Positions 29,234 to 42,602 of a stretch of 64,000 bases of DNA are shown here, in pieces. Under the pieces are notes generated by a model. That model was not told where the DNA came from. It ran no database searches and saw only the letters and a list, made by a program, of their open reading frames with translations. The DNA lies in contig NW_026948138.1 in NCBI RefSeq assembly GCF_963921235.1, positions 186,001 through 250,000 of the forward strand. Reading direction: 5' to 3'. The number at the start of each line of letters is the position of its first letter. Within the stretch, counting starts at the first letter, position 1. This DNA comes from Mobula hypostoma (lineage: Eukaryota). The position numbers and the translations under genes are program-made.

Positions 29234-30076
29234 TGAACAATTGCCACATTTCTTCTGTACGTTTCCCTGAGAACATCTGTTTCCAATTTATGCTTCCAAG
29301 TTCCCACTTGATAGCCTCATAGTTCCCCTTACTCCAAATAAATATTTCCCTAACTTGTCTGTTCCTATCCCTCTCCAATGCTATGGTAAAGGAGATAGTG
29401 ATCACAATTCTATCTCCAAAATGCTCCCCCACTGAGAGACCTGACACCTGACCAGGTTCATTTCCCTATACCAGATCAAGTGAAGCCTCTCTTCTTATAG
29501 GCTTATCAACATACTGTGTGAAGAAATCTTCCTGAACACACCTAACAAGCTCCTCCCCATCTAAACCCTTCACTCTAGGGGAATACGAATCAGTATTTGC
29601 GAAATTAAAATCTGCCATCACAACAACCCTGTTATTATTACTCCCTTCCAGAATCTGTCTCCCTATCTGCTCCTCGATGTCTCTGTTACTATTGGGTGGT
29701 CTATAAAAACACTCAATAGAGTTATTGACCCCTTCCTATTCCTAACTTCCAAGCACAGAGAATCCGTAGACAACTCCTCCATGACTTCTTCCTTTTCCGC
29801 GGCCGTGACACTATCTCTGATCAACGGTGCCATGCCCCCATCTCTTTTGCCTCCCTCCCTGTTCTTTCTGAAACATCTAAAACCCGGCACTCGAAGTAAC
29901 CGTTCCCATCCCTGAGCCATTCAAGTCTCTGTAATGGCCACAACATCATAGCTCCAAGTGCTGATCCACGCTCTAAGCTCATCCACTTTGTTCATAATAC
30001 TCTTTGCATTAAAACGGACACATCTCAAACCATTTTCTGAGTCCATTCCTTCTCTATCACCTGCCTGTCCTCCCTC

Positions 30077-30869
30077 TGTTACATACGTCATGGGTATCTT
30101 GTGACTGTCTTATGACCATGACGTAATTGAGTATCTTGTGAGCATGATGTAATAGTCTTGTGATGGTGGGTGATGTAACTTTCCCGCCAGTGTGAGGTCA
30201 CGTGATGACATGTTCTCAACAGGTATATAACGGGAAACCCCTGTTGTTACGCAGTTTAGTTCGTCAATTAGTCAGTTACTCTGTTATGCTGTGTATTCGT
30301 CTCATGACACAGTTTTGTTTTAAAGTGGCATTTTACTTTCTATTGTAAGTCTAGTATTGGAGAGTGAAGACCTTACTATAGTACGGGATCCCAAAGGATT
30401 GAATAAAGTTAGAGTTGTTCAGAGGTTTCATAAAGGATCGACCTTATTGAATCTTCGTTCAAGAATAGTGACTTGCATCTGAGATAACTCCTGCAAGATC
30501 AGAAGGTTTGTGCAGTGTTCATTCACCGGGAAAAGGTCAGTTCCTTTAAGCCGTTTTATTTCCTTCGTCGTGAATCCTTTGGACGGATCAGCAGTAATGT
30601 CATGTCTTCGAAGAAATCCATTTCCAGAGAGGTCTCTCCTTACTGACTGTATACACCACTATAAGACTGTGTTCAAATTTACCACTTTAAGAATATGTTT
30701 GAATTTACCACTTTAAGAACTGTTCCAGAGTTGCCGTATAGCAATTAACTTCTGGTTAAGTTATTTGTTTGAATACTTCTCGCTATTGTTGAGTAGAGTT
30801 TAATAAATGTTTACGTTTGTTTATAAAACCTGACTCAATTCTATACTCATTGTTGCTGGTCACGTGACA
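30077..30869 (+). mobile_element. Solo LTR (793 bp)
   Basis: Starts TGTTACA, ends GTGACA. Imperfect 4-bp TSD CCTC/TCTC. TATATAA at ~30224 and AATAAA at 30802. CR1 continues across it. Confidence 0.8.
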
Positions 30870-31559
30870 TCTCACACACTGTCTCCAAGCTTTCTCTATT
30901 TGTGAGCCAACTGCCTCTTCCCCAGTCTCTTCAGTTCAGTTCCCACCCCCCAACAATTCTAGTTTAAACTCTCTCCTGTAGCCTTAGCAAACCTCCCCAC
31001 CAGGGATTCAAGTGGAACCCGTTCTTTTTTGTACAGGTCACACATGTCCTAAAAGAGGTCCCAATGATCCAGAAATCTGAATCCCTGCCCCCTGCTCCAA
31101 TCCCTCAGCCATGCTTTTATCCTCCACCACATTCTATTCCTATACTCACTGTCACATGGCACAGGCAGTGATTGTAGATACTATCTTTGCGGTCCTGCTT
31201 CTCAACTTCCTAACTCCCTAACTCCCTGTAGTCTGTTTTCAGGATGTCTTCCCTTTTCCTACATTTGTGATTCGTACCAATATGTACCTCGACCTCTGGT
31301 TCTTGTCCCCCCCCGACTGCAGGATATCGTGGACGCAATCTGAAACATCCCGGACCCTGGCACCTGGGAAGCAAACTACCATCCGAGTTTCTTAAATGCC
31401 TCCACAGAATCGCCTGCCTGACCCCATAACTATAGAGTCATCTATCACTACTGCCTTCCTCTTCTTTTCCCTACCCTTCTGAGCCACAGTACCGGACTCT
31501 TTTGCAGACTCTTCTTTGACATCGAGCACTCTTGGGGTATTCTGTGCGGTTATGTTCGT

Positions 31560-31780
31560 CCTACTATAGGAAGGGTTTGGAGATGTGGAGAAAAGGCGCG
31601 GAACAGGTTTACCAGACTGCTACTTGGATTAGATGGTATGAACTTTAAGGGACTATTGGACAAATGTGGTTGTTCTCTTGAGAGCTTCGCAGGCTGAAGG
31701 GGATCTGATATAAGTTTTGAAGATTAGGAGAGGCATAGACAGTCAGCATCTGATTCCCAGGGTAGAAACGTCAACCAACT
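31560..31780 (+). mobile_element. Old CR1 ORF2 3' fragment
   Basis: Degenerate match to the CR1 C-terminal region (aggtttaccagactgct..., aggctgaaggggatctgata...aggagaggcatagac). Confidence 0.55.
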
Positions 31781-32231
31781 GTAAGGCAAAGGGTTAGTTT
31801 ACTTGTTGGTCAAAAGCCACTTCTGCCATCCCGGTCATCAATTGGACCGTTCAAAAGATGCAGCAGCTCTTTCCTATTGGTTGTCATGAGTGCCACGGCA
31901 CCAGTGTGCAGTTCAATTCCCTCAGGGGTATAATAGAACATGCGAGAGACTGGCTGGCTTCCTTTGTCTCTGGGGTTCATCTTCACACTGTGATCGTGAC
32001 CAGTGCTGAGGACCATTGGGAAAGTGCTGTAGGTGTAGGAGGTAAGTATCTGTTGAATGCTTAGTTTTGTAGTACTGCAACTTGGAGAGACATAATGAAG
32101 TACCTTAAGACAAGACCATGAGATATCGGAGCAGAAGAAGGCCACTTGCCATCATTGACCACAGTTTTCGCATCACACAGATCGTAGAGCTTGGGCCGGA
32201 GACCAGAGACCACACACTGTACAGCATTGTC

Positions 32232-34609
32232 CATAAGACCATAATATATAGGAGCAGAAGTAGGCCATTTGGCCAATCGAGTCTGCTCTGTCATTCAGTC
32301 ATAGGCTGATTCAATTCTTCCAGTCATCCACACTACCCTGCTTTCACCCCATATGCATTGATGTCCTGGCTAATCAAGAACCTGTCTATCTCTGCCTTAA
32401 ATAAACTCAATCCTGAAGTTGTGCCCACCTGTCCTATAATCCCCTGCCAAGGGAATTAACTTTGCCATACTAATCTGTTCAGGCCTTTTAACATTCGGAA
32501 TGTTTCTATGAGATCCCCCTCATTCTCCTGAACTCAGCCCAGGAGCTGCCAGATGTTCCTCATATGATAACCCAGTCATTCCTGGAATCATTCTTGTGAA
32601 TCTTCTCTGAACCCGCTCCAATGTCTGTATATCCTTTCTAAAATAAGGAGCCCAAAACTGCACACAATACTCCAAGTGTGATCTCATGAGTGCCTTATGA
32701 AGCCTCAACATCACGTCTGTTGTTATATTCTATACCTTGAGAAATGAATGCCAACATTTTATTCATCCTCTTCACAACCAACTCAAACTGGAGGTTAATC
32801 TTTAGGGTATTTTGCACAAGGACTCCCAAGTCCTTTGCACCTCTGCATTTTGAATTCTCGCCCCATCTAAATAATAGTCTGCTCATTTATTTCTTCCACC
32901 AAAGTGCGTGACCATACACCTGCCAGTGTTGTCGTACATTTGCCACTTTGCCCATTCCCCTAAACTATCTAAGTCTCTCTGTTTCCTCAGCACTATCTGC
33001 TCCTCCACCTATCTTTGTATCATTGGCAAATTTAGCCACTAATCTATTAATACCATAGTCCATGTCATTGACATACATCGTAAAAAGCCACAGTTCCAAT
33101 ACTGACCCCTGTGGAACTCCACTGGTAACCGGCAGCCAGCCAGAATAGGATCCCTTTATTCCTACTCTCCGTTTTCTACCGACCAGTCAATGCTCCACAC
33201 ATGCTAGTAATTTCCCTGTAATTCCATGGGCGCTTACCTTGCTAAGCAGCCTCATGTCCGCCACCTTATCAAAGGCCTTCTGAAAATCCAAGCACACCAC
33301 ATCTACTGCATCTCCTTTGTCTACCCTGCTTGTAATTTCCTCAAAGAATTGCAATAGGTTTGTCAGACAGGATTTTCTTTTCTGGAAACCATGCTGGCTT
33401 TGGCCTATCTTGTTGTGTCCCTCCAGGTATTCTGTAATCTCATCCCTAACAATCGATTCCAACAACTTCCCAACCGCTGATGACAGGCGAACAGGTCCTT
33501 TCTGCTGTCTCACACCCTTCTTAAATAGTGGAGAAACATTTGCAATTTTCCAGTCACCCGGTACAATGCCAGAATCTGTAGATTCTTGAAAGATCATCGT
33601 TAATGCCTCCGCAATATCTCCAGCTACTTCCTTCAGAACCCAAGGGTGCATTCCATCAGGTCCAGGAGATTTATTCACTCTCAGACCATTAAACTTCCTG
33701 AGCACCTTCTCAGTCGTAATTTTCACTGCACAAACTTCACTTCCCTGACGCTCTTGTATGTCCAGTTTACTGCAGATCTCTTCCACTGTGAAGATCGATC
33801 CAAAATACACATTCAGTTCTTCTACCATCTCTGCATCTCTCATTACAATATGTTCAGCGTCATTTTGTATTGGTTCTATATCTACCCTCGACTCTCTTTT
33901 ACTCTTTATATACTTAAAAAAATAGTATCTTCTTTGATATTAGTCACCAGCTTCCTTTCATAATTCATCTTTTCCTTCCTAATGGCCTTCTTAGTTTCCT
34001 TATGCAAGTTTTTAAAAGCTTCCCAATCGTCTGTCTTCCCATTAGCTCTGTCTTCCTTGTATGCCCTCTCTTTTGCTTTACTTTGGCTCTGACATCACTT
34101 GTCAGCCATGGTAGTGTTCTTCTTCCCTTTGAAAATTTCTGTTTATTTTGAATATATCTGTCTTGCACTTCCTTCATTGTTCGTAGAAACTCCAGCCATT
34201 GCTGCTTTGCTGTCCTTCCTGAAAATGTCCATTTCCGGTCAACTTCGGCCAGTTTCCCTCTCATGCCATAGTAACTTCCTTTATTTCACCGAAATACCGA
34301 CACATTGGATTTTATTTTTTTTCCCTCTCAAATTTCAATGTGCACTTGATCATATTATGATCACTGTTCCCTAAGGGCGCCTTAACACGAAGCTCTCTTA
34401 TCACCTCTGGGTCATTGCACAACACCCAACGATTATTATGACATTCCCTTTCTGACAGGCCTTTTCTCTCTCGCTGGAATTTGTAATCCACATCCCGGCT
34501 GCTTTTTGGAGACCTGTATATAACTGCCATTAGGGTCCTTTTACCCTTGACATTTCGTAATACAACCCATAGAGACTCTACACCTTCCAATTCTATGTCA
34601 TCTCTTTCT
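32232..34609 (-). mobile_element. CR1 LINE, 3' part; host of the L1 nest, continues at 42603-43270
   Basis: 3' tail cataagaccata...ggagcagaag-aggccatt. ORF2 motifs HLEYCVQFWAP, DFQKAFDKV, KSPGPDGMHP, LGNSDHNMI and VIYRSP. Confidence 0.92.
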
Positions 34610-37600
34610 CACTTTCAATCTCTTCTATTGTTTTAAAATAATAAGGATAAATACAAACCAGAGGAGAGGTTATCTCAAATACATATTTCAATAATAGTAC
34701 AAACAAAGAAAGGAATATACACTGTCAAAATCATATACAATATTAAGCTAATATAAAGAAAAGAAGCGTTTCTCCTCTTAACAGTTCATAGAAAAGACTC
34801 AAGATTTCTGTTACTGAGAAAAAAAACACTAAACTAACCTAAAACTAAAAAAGTAAAAAGAATCAGATCATATGAAAATATTGAATAAAAGGTTGCCAAG
34901 TTTGCTCAAATTTACAAGGTGTATCAAACGTCCGACTCCTTATTTTCTCCAAACTTAAACAAGACATAATGGAGGAGAGCCAAAAAAAAAAAACAGTAGG
35001 TGGGTTGGGATCCTTCCAGTAGAATAGAATAGCTCTCCTAGCCCATAAGGTTGAGAAAGCTATCATGCGTTGAGCGGAAACAGGGACGCTTCCTGCTTCC
35101 ATTGGAATAACCCCAAAGATTGCCATAAATGAATTAGATTTTAGGTCCAAACCTATGACTTTTCATAACGTTCTAAAAACATACCTCCAAAAATTATTTA
35201 ACTTTATGCAGGACTAAAACATACGAGTTAAGGTAGCCACCTCAGTGTTGCATCTATCACAGGTAGGATTTATATTAGAAAAAATATGCGCCAGTTTATT
35301 TTTTGACATATGCGCCCTGTACACTACCTTGAACTGAATCAAGGAGTGACAGGCACAGATAGATGAATTATTAACTAAATGACAAATTTTATTCCATTGA
35401 TTATCTGAAAGTGACTCTTGAAGTTCCAATTCCCAAGCATGTTTAACCTTATCATTAGACATCATTTGTAAATTCAATAGCCATTTATATATAATGGCTG
35501 TCAATCCTTTTTGAAATGGCTTAAGCTGAAAGATAACATCGTTCATTTTCATTTAAAATCTTTTTATTAATTATTGCTGAAAATCAACAACAAAAAAATA
35601 CATTAAAATAATCAAGTCAATATATCAATATGTATAATAAGAGTCCAACTATTAACCAAGCTAAACAGTACATCAATAATTGGAAAAAAGAAAGAAGGAA
35701 AAAAGAACCCTACTAACTAAAACAAAAAAAAAACCCAACTAACAAAAAAAAGAGAGAATAAATAAACATTTGGAGCACAAACCCGGAGCTATACGCCATA
35801 CAAGTTTCCATTTAAAAAAAAGACATTAATCTGCCAACCAAATCTGTTCACCCAAGAATCAGAAGGGGACCATCTTAATTAACTCAAATCAAATGATAGT
35901 AGCAGGCAAAAGAGCCCCACCTTTTCTCAAAGTCAAATCGACGATCAAAAGATCAACTTCTGATTTTTTTCCAAACTAACACATAGCATCACCTGAGAGA
36001 ACCATTGTATCAAAGTGGGAGCAGAAGTATCTTTCCATTTTAATAAGATAGCCCTTCTAGCCAATAATGTAACAAATGCAATTACATGTTGGTCTGATAT
36101 AGAAATACCATGAATATATTGAGGAATTATACCAAACAAAACTGTTAATTCATTAGGTTGTAAATAAACTTTTAAAGCTTTAGAAATTGTAGAAAAAACA
36201 GATTTCCAAAACTGTTTCAATAAACAACACGACCAAAACATATGTGTCAATATAGCTATCTCAGTTTTACATCTATCACACTGACTATTAATATTAGGAA
36301 ATATTTTAAACAGTCTCTCCTTTGTCAAATAATAACGATGTACAATTTTAAATTGAATTAACGAATGACTGGCGCAAATCGAAGAAGAGTTAACCAACTT
36401 CAAAATTCACAACCAATCCTCTGTTATCAAGGTCATGTTAAGCTCTCTTTCCCAATCTTGCTTAATCTTAAATAGAGGATAATTATCCTGTGGTAATAGT
36501 GAATTATAAATTTTCCCAATACAACCTTTCACTAAAGGGTTCATTTTTAAAATAATGTCTAACAGGTCAGAATCTTGTACATATGGAAAATTACTTAAAT
36601 ATTCTTGTAAAAAATATCTGACCTGGAGTTATTGCAAAAAGTGTGAGTATGAAAGAGAGTATTTAGTTACTAATTTCTCAAAGGACATCAATTGGCCTTC
36701 TTGAAACAAATCTATAAAGGAATAAATTCCTTTATTCCTCCAAAGAGAAAGGTGGGATCACTAAGTGAAGGTTTAAATAAATAGTTATGATAAATTAAAC
36801 TAAGAAGGTAAATTTTTTTAAGATTAAAAAACTTACGAAACTGGTACCAAATTGGTAATGACTGCTTAATCATAGGATTTATATTTAAAATAGAAATTTT
36901 GGCTAGTTGTACAGGTAAAGAAGCTCGTAATAACGAATTGAAGTAAAATTTGTTTCACAGCTTTCAATTCCAAATCAACCCATGGTAGTCGTTCATTTTT
37001 ATCGGTCTAATATAACCAAGAACACGCATAGCGTATATTAACCGCCCAATAATACATTTAAAATTAGGCAAAGCAAGACCTCCATCCTTTTTTAATTTTT
37101 GTCAATGACATTTTACAGTTCTTGGTCTTTTATTATTCCAAACAAAAGATGAAATAATAGAATCAACATGATCAAAAAAATTTCATAGTTTAAAAAATAG
37201 GAATATTTTGAAATACATATAAAAATTTTGGTAAGATCATCATTTTAACTGCATGAATTCGACCAACTAATGGAAGTGTAAGAGCATTCCATCTAGAAAA
37301 TAATCGCTACATAAAATCTACTAAGGGAACTAAATTAGCTCTATAAAGGTCTCCATAATTTTTAGTGATGATAATACCTAAATATTTAAAAGAATTCGTA
37401 GCTTTAAAGGGAGTATCATCATATATAAAAGCAGAATCATTTAAAGGAAAAAAATCACTTTTGTGCAGGTTTAATTTATATCCTGAAAACTTTCCAAATT
37501 CATTTAATACTTTCAATAAACTAGGAATAGATTCTTCAGGATTCAAAACATAAACCAAGAGATCATCCGTGTAAAGGGAAATCTTTTGAATAGTCCCATT

Positions 37601-39675
37601 TATGGAAATTCCTTGAATATCCTTAGCTTCACAAAGTGCAATAGCCAAAGGTTTCAGCACCAAATTAAATAACAAAGGACTTAACGGACATCCTTGTCTC
37701 ATACCCCGCAAAAGACTAAAACAGGGGGATCTACAGTTATTAGTAATCACAGTGGCAATCTTTTATATATCATTCTAATCCACTTATTAACTGTAATAGT
37801 CTTGAAATTTTTTATTAATATCTTCATAGTTACAAGCTAAACTACCATCTCCCTTACAATTTTTAAAAATTTGTCTTTTAGCTCGAACTGCTTTTAGTTA
37901 GGATGAAATTGGCTTTTTAATTTAAGCGGATTCTTTCAATAGGATAAGTTAATAATAAATTATATTGTGATTGAAGTTCAACCCTTTGTTTAAATAAATC
38001 AATATTAGGAGAAACTGCATAAGTGTTATTCAAGTCATTAATTTGTTTTGAAATCCTATCTAACTCTATTTTTGTCTGTTTCTTAACCTTAGCCAAATAG
38101 GAGATTATCTGACCTCGCAAATACGCTTTAAGTGTATCCCATATAATCAATTTCGACAAGTCTCCCGTATTAGTAAAAAGAAAAAAAATTCTTTTATTTG
38201 AATCTCTATAAATTTGACAAAGTCCGAACATTGCAATAAGTTTTCTGGAAAATGCCAAGGCAAGTTTACATTACTAACATCATTCCATTCAAACGTTAAG
38301 CTTAAAGCTGCATGATCCGAGACAGCAACAGCATCATATTCCCATTTCAGGAATTTGGACGAAAATCGGAAATCAGCTATAAAATAATCAATTTGCGAAT
38401 ATTTTTATGGATGTGTGAATAAAAAGAATAATCTCTATCATGAGGATGTAGATTTCTCCAGATTTCTATCAAACCATAATCAATTAAAAAGGAATTAATA
38501 AGTGTCGCTGAACAACTGGGAAGTTGCTGATTGGTTGAACTCTTATCAATCAAAGGGTTTAAATAACAGTTAAAGTCACCTCCCATCAGCAGCATATATT
38601 CATTTAGGTCTGGTAATAAACCAAATACGTTTTTTTTTAAAAAAAGGATCTTCTACATTAGGTTCGTATAGATTAACCAGGACATTTTTTATATTACAAA
38701 TTGTTCCTTTAATAATTAAAAATCTACCATTGATATCTGAGACGATATCTTATCGGATAAATAAAATATTAGATTTAATAAAAATAGATACTCCCTTTGT
38801 TTTACTTTGACAAGTAGCATGATATTGAAGGCCCTTCCACGATTTAAAAACTCTATTTTGATCGCCCATTCTGATATGCGTTCCTTGAACAAAAATTATA
38901 TCGGGCTGGAATCGGTTAATAATTTTAAGTCTTCTTTCGCTTAGTAGGGTGATTCCAGCCACGTACGTTCCAACTAATGACGTTTATCTGTTTAATAACC
39001 ATAGAATATTGTTTTAAACACGAAGATACACGCATACCATCCTGGGCTAATCAAAGATAGCGGTGATGAGTATAACCATATAGAAAACACGCATGCTCCG
39101 GAGCTCCATAATGGGGAAAAAACCTGGAAAATAATGCTGTAATAAACCCCAAAATGCAAAAAAAAAACCAACCCGAATCCTCCCACCATCCCACAAGGTA
39201 GAAATCCGGCAAAAGAAAGGAAAAAGCCAGAAAGCCTACCCAAAGAGAAAAGAAAAAGCAGAACTCCGCGTGCGGCTGAATATAAATAGTGATTTAAAAG
39301 TTTTTCCTCCCAATTCTGCAACCCTCCCCTTTACAAGGAAAACACATGACCCTAAGATAAGAAAGCCCAGCAGAGAAGCAGAAAAAAGATGTTTATATTT
39401 AATCATTGAAAATAAACTAGGGAATGCAAAAACAGTCTCCAGAAGCATCAAAACAACGCTTTTAAACCTAAACAATACAATCTCTGACAAGAAAAAAAGC
39501 CCCATTATTCCTTTAGCTTACTACCCAGCTTTAACAAAGGAAACTAAAGCTAATTATCTATTCTAAACTCTCCTCACTCTATAAGAAAGAGTCTATATAA
39601 ACTATGAAAGCTATCACTTAATTAATAAAAGAAAAGGAAAAAAAAGAAGCAGATAATCAAACCAGTTAATAATCT

Positions 39676-40337
39676 CAAACAACAGGAATTCTGCAGATGC
39701 TGGAAATTCAAGCAACATACATCAAAGTTGCTGGTGAACGCAGCAGGCCAGGCAGCATCTATAGGAAGAGGTGCAGTCGACGTTTCAGGCCGAGACCCTT
39801 CGTCAGGACTAACTGAAGGAAGACTGAGTAAGGGATTTGAAAGCTGGAGGGGGAGTGGGAGATCCAAAATGATAGGAAAAGACAGGAGGGGGAGGGATGG
39901 AGCCAAGAGCTGGACAGGTGATAGGCAAAAGGTGATACGAGAGGATCATGGGACAGGAGGTCCGGGAAGAAAGACAGTGGGGGGGGGGGGGTGACCCAGA
40001 GGATGGGCAAGTGGTATATTCAGAGGGACAGAGGGAGAAAAAGGAGAGTGAGAGAAAGAATGTGTGCATAAAAATGAGTAACAGATGGGGTACGAGGGGG
40101 AGGTGGGGCATTAGCGGAAGTTAGAGAAGTCAATGTTCATGCCATCAGGTTGGAGGCTACCCAGACGGAATATAAGGTGTTGTTCCTCCAACCTGAGTGT
40201 GGCTTCATCTTTACAGTAGAGGAGGCCGTGGATAGACATGTCAGAATGGGAATGGGATGTGGAACTAAAATGTGTGGCCACTGGGAGATCCTGCTTTCTC
40301 TGGCGGACAGAGCGTAGATGTTCAGCAAAGCGGTCTC
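39676..40337 (-). mobile_element. 5'-truncated Penelope-like element (end of GIY-YIG plus 3' UTR) inserted between the ORFs of L1-B
   Basis: Near-identical reverse complement of ~50092-50747. Flanking duplication CCAGTTAATAATCT (39662-39675, 40338-40351), partly microhomology with the element. Confidence 0.93.
39775..39810 (-). ncRNA. Minimal type-I hammerhead ribozyme (Penelope 3' region)
   Basis: Minus strand reads AGTC-CTGACGA-AGGGTCTCGGCCT-GAAA-CGTC-GACT, identical to 50616-50651. Confidence 0.8.
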
Positions 40338-42602
40338 CCAGTTAATAATCTGTCCACTGTGTTAGTTCACTCCATACACCAAACAGACTTCAAAAAAGTC
40401 ATTCATTAGTCAACCCGAGAAGTTCACCTCTTCTTTGAATAGTTAATCGATCAAAGAAAATCTTCAGCATATCAAAAATCTTCAAAGCCTGTTTTCTTTT
40501 AGAAAATTATTCAGCAATCCAAATATCCTTCATGCGACAGCCAACTCATGATAGAGTTAACAAAGTCCAATGTCGCTTGGGGATCCGAGAACACACGAGG
40601 TGTAGAATCTTTAGGATATAATTTTAATCTAGCAGGGTAGGGAAGCGATGGAAAAAAAGCCCCTTTGCATGAGCAATTTTCATAGCTGGGACAAATTTGA
40701 TCTGCTGTTCCATAATTTCCCGTGGATAGTCTTCTTAAAAGTGGACGTTGGAACCGTTAAATTTAAAAATTCTCTGTTTCCTTGCACATTTTATGATTTG
40801 GTCTTTAACTTCAAAGCGAAGAAAGTTGACCAAAATTGGCCGAGCTTTACTGAAATCTGAGAATTCCAAATGAAAATTATGTGAGCTCTTTCAATATTGG
40901 GAGGTTGAGGTAGCATATCCGGAAACAAAGATTGAAACAAATTGGCAAAATAGTCCAATAAATTTCCACTCAGAACCTTCCTCCAGTCCGATAATTCGAA
41001 TATTATTCTGACGAGACTTCGCCTCTAAATCGACAATTTTACGTTGAGCCTGTTCCAAGCGGGTTGAAATATCCACAATCTGATGTTTCGATTCTTTAAA
41101 CTCAGTGTTCAAGGAAATAATATTTTTCTCAATAGTCTGAAAACTCTGTCGGAACGACTTCAGCTCAGAAGTGTTATTGTCTATTTTGTTGTCGAGAGCC
41201 ATCAACGCACGTTACAAACGTTGAACCCAGACAGGCATATCTTCCGATTTTTCTTTCAAAGTTTTTCCCTTTCCATTGCTGGATTCAAAAGGCTGTTTTG
41301 CACTTCTTAAAGGATATGACATAATGACAGCTATTTCCCTCTAAGATCCGAGAAATAAAAGTTAAAAATTCAAGGCTTAAACTGGGGAAAAGGAGGAATT
41401 AAAGGCAACGGCAAATTTATGTATTACTCCATTGAGCCGCAGGCGGAAATCCCAATATCTATCATATTTGGGAAATGAGCAAATGGATAATTCGGTAACG
41501 AATCAAATAGGAAATTTCTGACTTGTAAATATCTAAAAAAAAATTGTGCATTAGATAAATCATATTTGTCAACTAGCTGTGAAAAAAACATTAAACAATC
41601 ATCTAGAAACAAATCTAGAAAAGTTTTTATTCCTTTAGTTTTCCATGTTAAAAAGGCCTTATCTAAAATTGACTGTTTAAAAAATAGTTAAAATGGATAT
41701 TACTAGAAAGAACAAAGTTATTTAAGTCAATTTTATATACATGGTGATAAATCAGGTAAATTGCTGGCTGGTCAGTTGAAGGCATATATGGTCAGAAGAC
41801 AGATTTTTAAAATACGTAGACCAGAGAGAACTGAAACCTTAGATTCTCATGAAATTAATAAGATATTTATGGATTTCTATGCTAATCTTTATAAATCTGA
41901 ATTTTCTGATAATACTATTTTTATGAATAGATTTTTGCAAAAATTAAATATACCTAAAATTTCTATTCAAGATATTAACCCATTAGATATGCCTATTAAA
42001 CAAGAGGAAATAGCTAAGGCCATATATGGCCTCTGTGCAACTAGGGAAAGCTCCGGGACCAAATGGATATACAGTGAAATTTTATATGCTTTTACTGAAA
42101 TGCTTACATCACATCTACGTCAAACTTCCACTGATTCTATATCCTCTGGGAATCTTCTGAAAACTTTTTATGAGGCAACAAATTCATTCATTCCTAAAAT
42201 TGGAAAAGATCTATCTGAATGTGCCTCCTATAGACCAATTTCCTTATCGAATGTGGACTTTAGAATTCTCTCTAAGATTCTGGCTAATAGGCTTGAGAAT
42301 ATTTTGCTGTCTGCTATTTCAAATGATAAAACTGGATTTATTAAAAATAGGTATTCACATTTTAATATTCAAAGATTGTATTATTTATTATTTATTCTCC
42401 CTCAGTTAAAAAATTTGAATGTATTGTCTCTCTTGATGCAGAGAAAGCCTTTGATAGGGTGGAATGGCTTTATTTATTTCAGGTTTTGGAGAGATTTAAT
42501 TTTGGTCCGGGATTTATTTCCTTATCTATTAAGCTCCGATGGCTGCGGTTATAACTAACAATCAAAAATATCCTTATTTTAGAATATATGTCATTTTTTT
42601 CT

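Larger units (their letters stand above)
26512..31500 (-). mobile_element. CR1 LINE (decayed ORF1 esterase and ORF2 APE/RT), 3' end missing, split by three insertions
   Basis: Minus-strand motifs [29 protein letters not shown] and PVSLNSVVGKL (RT); VVAITET (APE, ~29930); VCFPGARV and VHIGTN (SGNH esterase ORF1, ~31270-31450). Stops and frameshifts present. Confidence 0.92.
35545..41452 (-). mobile_element. L1-clade LINE B, near full length and decayed (ORF1 ~41322-40511; ORF2 ~39002-35884 with an internal deletion near 37790)
   Basis: ORF1 DLEAKSRQNNIRIIGL. ORF2 start MVIKQINVISWNVRG, then GGDFNC (APE), RQGCPLSPLLF and YTDDLL (RT), CDRC..HMFWSC. Poly(A) signal near 35565. Confidence 0.9.
34610..42586 (-). 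mobile_element. L1-clade LINE A: 3' part on minus (34610-35545 and 41455-41730) plus an inverted 5' segment on plus (41731-42586)
   Basis: Minus-strand C-terminal motifs LIQFKVVYR, CDRC...TRMF and FRYLQVR. Plus-strand HGDKSGKLLA and SYRPISL..VD. Whole unit flanked by a 16-bp TSD with 2 mismatches (34594-34609, 42587-42602). Confidence 0.8.
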
